In this document: positions 59,043-64,000 of the stretch, in pieces
How the letters are laid out: every line of letters starts with the position of its first letter
How positions within the stretch are numbered: position 1 is the stretch's first letter
Source: Acidobacteriota bacterium
GTDB taxonomy: Bacteria > Acidobacteriota > UBA6911 > RPQK01 > JAJDTT01
Assembly: GCA_965263035.1 (NCBI GenBank)
Contig: OZ253580.1
Span: forward strand, 5,248,001 to 5,312,000
Direction of reading: 5' to 3'
DNA length: 64,000 bases
The notes under the pieces: model-generated
The model's input: only the letters and a program-made list of their open reading frames with translations
What the model was told of the DNA's origin: nothing
Database searches by the model: none
Translations under genes and position numbers: made by a program

Positions 59043-60515
59043 CTATCCCGGCGCCCAGGACACCCGCGCCAGTCTCTTCCACAACCGCTTCCAGTCCGTC
59101 GCCCCTTGACTGATGACGAAAATCAATCGCCTCCCCTGGCGCAGCGCCCGAGACGCCACTCGCAACATCCGCTCGCGAAAACGACGCAGACTCCAGCCCC
59201 GACGCGTCGCCTGCTCCATCAGCACCCGACCCAGGTGCAGGATCTCGTACCCCAGCAGATTCAGCAGGAACAAGACTTCGTTGTGGGGTCGAACGCCGGC
59301 CTCCGTCGTCGCTTCCGGCTTCGCTCCCGGCTTCAGCGGCTTCCCCCGGTAGTGCGTCTTGGGCCGGCTCGCGGAGGACAAGGCCGGATCGAGCACGTCC
59401 ATCAACTCCCCCATGTGCCCTTCCGCCTTCCCCCGCTTTCGATACTGTGTCAGCAGCGCTTCCGCCTCATAACGCTTCCGGCTCAGGCTCGTCAGCAACC
59501 AGAAATGATCCGGATACAACTCCCCCGGTCGCTCCCGCACCACCAGCACCACCCGGCGCGCCCGATCCCACGTCCCCGCCTGGTAGGTCAGCTCATGGAA
59601 CCAGAGCTTCGGTGGTGCATCCGGGGATCGCCCCGCCGGCTGGGTCAAGTAGGGCTTCGCCATCCGGTTCAGGACCTCATTCTTGCGGATTCGAGCGATA
59701 TAGGGCACGCTTCTCGACTCCAGCCCCTTCAGCAGCCCCGGCTCCGGGAACCCCGCATCCATCCGCACGATCATCGAGCCGCACAGACGCCCCCGACAGC
59801 GGTCCACCACCCGCAGCGTCAACTTCAGCGCCTTTTTCCCCAGGTAGCTGGCTCCCGGAAAAATCTCCCCGTCGATCAGGTCCCCCGTCTCGGCACAACT
59901 CGCCACCAACCCGTGGTACATCCGCTGGCGATAGTATCCGTTCCATTCGCTTCCCGGGGGATGCCCATGGACCTCGACCGGGAGACCGTCCACGTCCAGG
60001 TACATCGTCTTTTTCCGTCTCTTCTTCCGTGGGGTCTTTTTCCCCCGTTTTCGCCGCCGGCCTTCGATCATCTCGATCCGACGGCACGCCAGCTCCGTCA
60101 CCGCCTGGTGCAGGACCGAAAGGTTCTCCTCCCGGCTGAGCGTGTCCAGCAGTCGGGACAAGGTCGGCTGCGATGCCAGCCCCTGGCCCTCCTCCAAGGC
60201 CGCCGTGCCCCGACGGGTCTGGCTCGCCACCCGCAAGCTCGGATCCTGACGCAGGCGGTCGGCGTCGGACTGGTCGCGCCAGCCCTGACCCAGCAGCAGG
60301 AGTCGAGTCCGCAGCAGATCCGACAGCGGATAGCGGATCGAACTCGGGTGTCGCGGATCGTGCAACCGCTCGGTCAACCAGTCGATGAGGCCGCTGCGCT
60401 CCATCAGCTCCCGTTGCACCAGGGCTCCCGTGTCCGCACTGAGCAACTCGGGGCGGGTCTCGAGGCGGAGGGATCGGTTGAATGAGGGCCGGATCTGCGG
60501 TATCGTCTCAGGCAT
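59043..60515 (-). CDS. IS1380 family DDE transposase
   Basis: LSADTG, LASQPTLSR, LDVDG, WNGYY, VRMDAGF, YRKRGKAE. Confidence 0.93.
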   Translation of the reverse strand: MPETIPQIRPSFNRSLRLETRPELLSADTGALVQRELMERSGLIDWLTERLHDPRHPSSIRYPLSDLLRTRLLLLGQGWRDQSDADRLRQDPSLRVASQTRRGTAALEEGQGLASQPTLSRLLDTLSREENLSVLHQAVTELACRRIEMIEGRRRKRGKKTPRKKRRKKTMYLDVDGLPVEVHGHPPGSEWNGYYRQRMYHGLVASCAETGDLIDGEIFPGASYLGKKALKLTLRVVDRCRGRLCGSMIVRMDAGFPEPGLLKGLESRSVPYIARIRKNEVLNRMAKPYLTQPAGRSPDAPPKLWFHELTYQAGTWDRARRVVLVVRERPGELYPDHFWLLTSLSRKRYEAEALLTQYRKRGKAEGHMGELMDVLDPALSSASRPKTHYRGKPLKPGAKPEATTEAGVRPHNEVLFLLNLLGYEILHLGRVLMEQATRRGWSLRRFRERMLRVASRALRQGRRLIFVISQGATDWKRLWKRLARVSWAPG

Positions 60516-60580
60516 GGCGTGCTCCGTTTATTGTGGTTGTTTCTTAGCACTATAATCATACCACAAATGACGGGCACGCC
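60516..60580 (-). promoter_or_regulatory. hairpin covering the transposase ribosome-binding site
   Basis: GGCGTGCTCCGT..TTGTGGT / ACCACAA..ACGGGCACGCC, immediately before the ATG. Confidence 0.65.
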
Positions 60581-63214
60581 GTCTCTTTATGCCGCCCTTG
60601 GAGGGGACGAAAACCGTGGAAATGCTTGGGTTTCGGCCCCACTTGAATCCTGGGGTTAAACCGACGTTGAAAACAAATATAGCGTTTCACCCAGGTCGGG
60701 TCTCAGCCGTTTTCTGTGGGTATCCGGTAACCCTCTGATCCGACTCGACATGACGGGCACGCTTGCTCATTTTATGTTTGCGTGGTGAATAATCTGGGTT
60801 CAACGGATCGAAAACTCGGACATGCCCCCCTTGAAGGACCAGGCCAGGCTCTCGGTACGCGCCGTGACCTCCTCCGAACTGGAACGCCTCCGAGCCTGGA
60901 TCGCCGCCGGAGCGCCTTACGACGAACGAAAGCCGGTGCCCTTCGCGGCTTCCAATGACCCACTCGTCAGCGACTCGGACCGCGATTTCTGGTCGTTTCG
61001 AACGCCTGTGCGGCCTCCGGTCCCGAAGGTCAACAGTCAGGATCGGCTGCGCACCCCCATCGACGCCTTCCTGCTGGAGAAGCTGGAAGAAAAGGGCCAC
61101 GCATTCTCGCCGGATGCTCCACCATTGACCCTGATGCGGCGGGCCTACTTCGACGTGATCGGACTGCCCCCGGGACCCGAGACGGTCCAAGCCTACGATG
61201 GCACCCCGGAAGCCTACGAGAAGTTGGTGGATGACCTCCTGGACTCTCCCGGATACGGTGAGTATTGGGGCCGCCGTTGGTTGGACGCCGCCGGGTATTC
61301 CGATTCGGAGGGACAGGTTTCGGCCGACGCCGTTCGCCCCAATGCCTGGCGCTACCGCGATTACGTCATTCGCTCCCTCAACGCCGACAAACCCTACGAC
61401 CGGTTCCTCGTGGAGCAGATCGCCGGCGACGAGCTGTTCGACTACAAGGCTGCGAAAGAGCTGGCCCCTGACCAGCGCGAGATGCTGGTGGCGACGGGAT
61501 TCATCCGCATGGGTCCGGACGGGACCTACAGCGTCTCTCAGGCCTTCGTCCCCGAGCGCCTGGAGGTGGTGGCGAGCCAGGTCGAGATCCTCAGCTCCTC
61601 GGTGATGGGGATTACCATGGCCTGCGCCCGCTGTCACGATCATAAGTACGATCCCATTCCCCAGCGAGACTACTATCGTTTCAGCGCCATCCTGCGCACG
61701 GCTTACGACCCCTACGATTGGCTCTCTCCCAGCGAGACTCCGGTGGGTCCGGAGGCGGATTGGAACGACAGCAACATGCGGGTGCTGTTGGGAGCGCCCG
61801 CGGAGGAGGTCCGGGAAGTCGAAGAGGCCAATGCCCCCGTTCTGCGTGAGGTCGAGGAAATCGAGAAAGCCTTCGAGGAGAAGGCGAACGTTCTGCGCAA
61901 GAAGCTCTTGAAGGAGAAGAGAGTCGCAATCCCGGAATTGATCCGGGAAGAGGTCATGGCGGCGGAACAGACAGCCGTTCCGGAACGGACTCCGGTGCAG
62001 GAATACCTGGTAGAGCGCTTCCAGGACCAGTTGCGCATCCTCCCGGAGGAACTGGAGAAGCGGTTCCCATCGTTCCAGAAGGTGGCCAAGGAGAAGAGGG
62101 ACGCCGTCCAGAAGGTCAAGAAGCGGCTCAAGGGGAATCCCCGGCTCCGAGCCCTGTTCGACATGGGCGGCCGGCCCACGGCAGTTTCCGTCTTGGGCCG
62201 GGGGCAACACCAGAATCCCTTGGAGCCTGTTGCTCCGGGAATCCCTTCCGTTTTGGACGGGGACCTCGAGCCCTATCGGCTGGAAAAGCCGAAGTGGACG
62301 ACCGACACCAGCGGGCGCCGATTGGCGCTGGCCAAATGGCTCGTGCAACCGCGGCACCCGCTCACCGCCCGGGTTCTGGTGAATCGCATCTGGCAGTACT
62401 ACTTCGGCTCCGGCCTGGTGAAGACGGTGGGGAACTTTGGCCGGACCGGCTCCCCTCCCTCGCACCCCGAGCTTCTGGACTGGCTGGCCTCGGAGTTCGT
62501 CCGGAGCGGATGGAGCATGAAGGCGCTGCACCGGATGATCCTGACCTCCACGGCGTACCGTCAGAGTTCTCGGCGGAATCCGGGAATCGATGGTGACCCC
62601 GGCAACCGGCTGCTGGCCTTCTTTCCCATGCGCCGGTTGGATGCCGACGCCGTCCGCGACTCCATCCTGAAGGTTTCCGGGCGGCTCGATGCGACACCGT
62701 TCGGACCTCCCGATCCCATCGAGGAGAAGCCGGATGGAGAGGTGGTGGCCAAGGAGTCGAAGCAGGGGTACCGGAGAAGCATCTATCTGATGCAGCGGCG
62801 CTCGACCCCGGTCACCATGCTGGACACCTTCGACGCGCCCCAGTTGCGGCCCAACTGCCTGGTGCGGAGTCGGTCCACCGTCTCCTCCCAGGCTCTGCAA
62901 TTGATGAACAGCGAAACCGTCCGGGCCAGTGCCCGTTTCATGGCGGGAAGAGTAATCGACACTGTCGGCCGCGAGCCGGCGGCGCAGGTGGAGAGAGTCT
63001 ATCTGGCGGCTCTGGGCCGACCACCATCGGCCGAGGAACTGGAATGGAGCAAGTCGACACTGGCTGACATGACCAAGGAGTGGAAACGGCATCTGGACCA
63101 GGACCGGTCGCCCGAGCCGCGGCAGGGCAGGGCACAATGGCTGGCGCTGGGCACCTTCTGCCATACCTTCTTCAATACCGCAGAATTCCTCTACGTCGAT
63201 TGAGGAGCCTGAAG

Positions 63215-64000
63215 ATGGATAACCTGAACCGCATGAGTAACCGGACCCTGAACCTCCCAGGCTCAGAGCTGCCGCGGAGGACCTTCTTCTCCCGCGTCGG
63301 CGACGGGCTGCACGGGGCAGCCCTGGCCTGGCTCCTGGGCCGGGACCTTGTGGGCGCCAAACCGGACGCGAGTAGAGTCCGGGACCGGGTCTACGATCTG
63401 CGTCCGCGCCAGCCGAACTTCGAGCCCAAGGCGACTTCCGTCATCCAGTTCTTCATGAACGGGGGTCCCAGCCAGGTGGACCTGTTCGATCCCAAACCTG
63501 CATTGGAACGTTATGCGGGTAAGCCGCCGGGACGGGATCTGGCCAGCACCATCGAGTTCATCAACGAGGCGGGCGGATTCATGCCCTCCCCCTTCAAGTT
63601 CAAGCGGTACGGCCGGTCGGGCCTCCAACTTTCCAACATGATGCCGCATCTGGCCGAGCAGGTGGATGACATCGCGGTGATCCGGTCCATGTTCACCACC
63701 CACTTCAACCACGAACCGTCCATCTTCCTGATGCAGAGCGGCCGCCCCTTCTCCAACCGTCCGAGTCTTGGATCCTGGGTGGTCTACGGGCTGGGCAGCG
63801 AGAACCGGAACCTGCCGGCCTATGTGGTCCTGGACGACCCCAAGGGCCTGCCCATCAACCATATCCAAAACTGGCATTCGGGCTGGCTCCCGCCCGTTTA
63901 CCAGGGCACTCGGGTCCGCGCGAAGGGCACTCCGATCCTGAACCTGAAGGCGAAGAACGAATACCCCGACCCGGTGCGGGATCTGGCGCGTTCGCTGCTG
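63215..64000 (+). CDS. DUF1501 domain-containing protein (partial, runs off the window)
   Basis: GAGGAG RBS; Tat-like RRTFF; FMNGGPSQVDLFDPKP; PSLGSWVVYGLGSEN. Confidence 0.9.
   Translation, partial: MDNLNRMSNRTLNLPGSELPRRTFFSRVGDGLHGAALAWLLGRDLVGAKPDASRVRDRVYDLRPRQPNFEPKATSVIQFFMNGGPSQVDLFDPKPALERYAGKPPGRDLASTIEFINEAGGFMPSPFKFKRYGRSGLQLSNMMPHLAEQVDDIAVIRSMFTTHFNHEPSIFLMQSGRPFSNRPSLGSWVVYGLGSENRNLPAYVVLDDPKGLPINHIQNWHSGWLPPVYQGTRVRAKGTPILNLKAKNEYPDPVRDLARSLL

Larger units (their letters stand above)
58803..60798 (-). mobile_element. IS1380 family insertion sequence (1996 bp)
   Basis: 13-bp TIR CCCAGATTATTCA; 5-bp TSD TTCAA (58798-58802, 60799-60803). Confidence 0.95.
58164..63203 (+). pseudogene. 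planctomycete cytochrome c plus DUF1549/DUF1553 protein interrupted by IS1380
   Basis: CRSCH, CLLCH, CARCHDHKYDP, ARVLVNRIWQ..FG.GLV. Removing the IS and one TSD restores SLLIQRIENSDMPP in frame. Confidence 0.92.

Noticed and set aside
59043-60515. IS1380 transposase as the mobiliser of the MITEs
   Set aside because: Its ends (CCCAGATT) and 5-bp TSD differ from the MITE ends (CAG/GAG) and 4-bp targets
60687-63164. 825-aa minus-strand ORF
   Set aside because: Antisense shadow of the DUF1549/1553 gene; no motifs
1-64000. CRISPR array, tRNA, rRNA, integron attC array
   Set aside because: Repeats are dispersed with TIR/TSD, not regularly spaced; no cloverleaf, cas or integrase gene seen

Overview
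GC-rich bacterial DNA, probably Acidobacteriota. This is inferred from a GWxTD protein, an Oar-type TonB-dependent receptor, CRTAC1/ASPIC-UnbV proteins and a DUF1549/1553 plus DUF1501 pair. No rRNA, tRNA or CRISPR array was seen. Layout: (1) 1-2.7 kb is a decayed accessory patch with a frameshifted RES-domain gene and a truncated NSS transporter. (2) 2.7-13 kb is metabolic: MBL hydrolase, mce, meaB, core MetE, CehA-like PHP hydrolase, PfkB kinase, radC, RRM protein and an O-methyltransferase. (3) 13.3-36.8 kb is a secreted-protein cluster with 3 CRTAC1/FG-GAP proteins (one fused to a Cys-less SCO domain), 3 TPR proteins, a TonB-dependent receptor, a GWxTD protein, a GH51 and 2 paralogous lipoproteins. 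Each lipoprotein fuses a heme-c motif, a PHM/DBH-type Cu monooxygenase with all six Cu ligands, and TPRs. This cluster is the best candidate for an uncharacterised system. (4) 37-45 kb holds VanZ, ZIP, a K+ channel, korAB and hemY. (5) 45-57 kb is a catabolic cluster that includes an SSS transporter with an inserted FHA-like domain. (6) 57-64 kb has vapBC, a decayed TA remnant, and a multi-heme DUF1549/1553 gene cleanly split by a 1996-bp IS1380. Ten non-autonomous MITEs from three families mostly sit at CTAG/TTAA targets, stack on each other, often use gene stop codons as targets, and in one case appear to supply a start codon.
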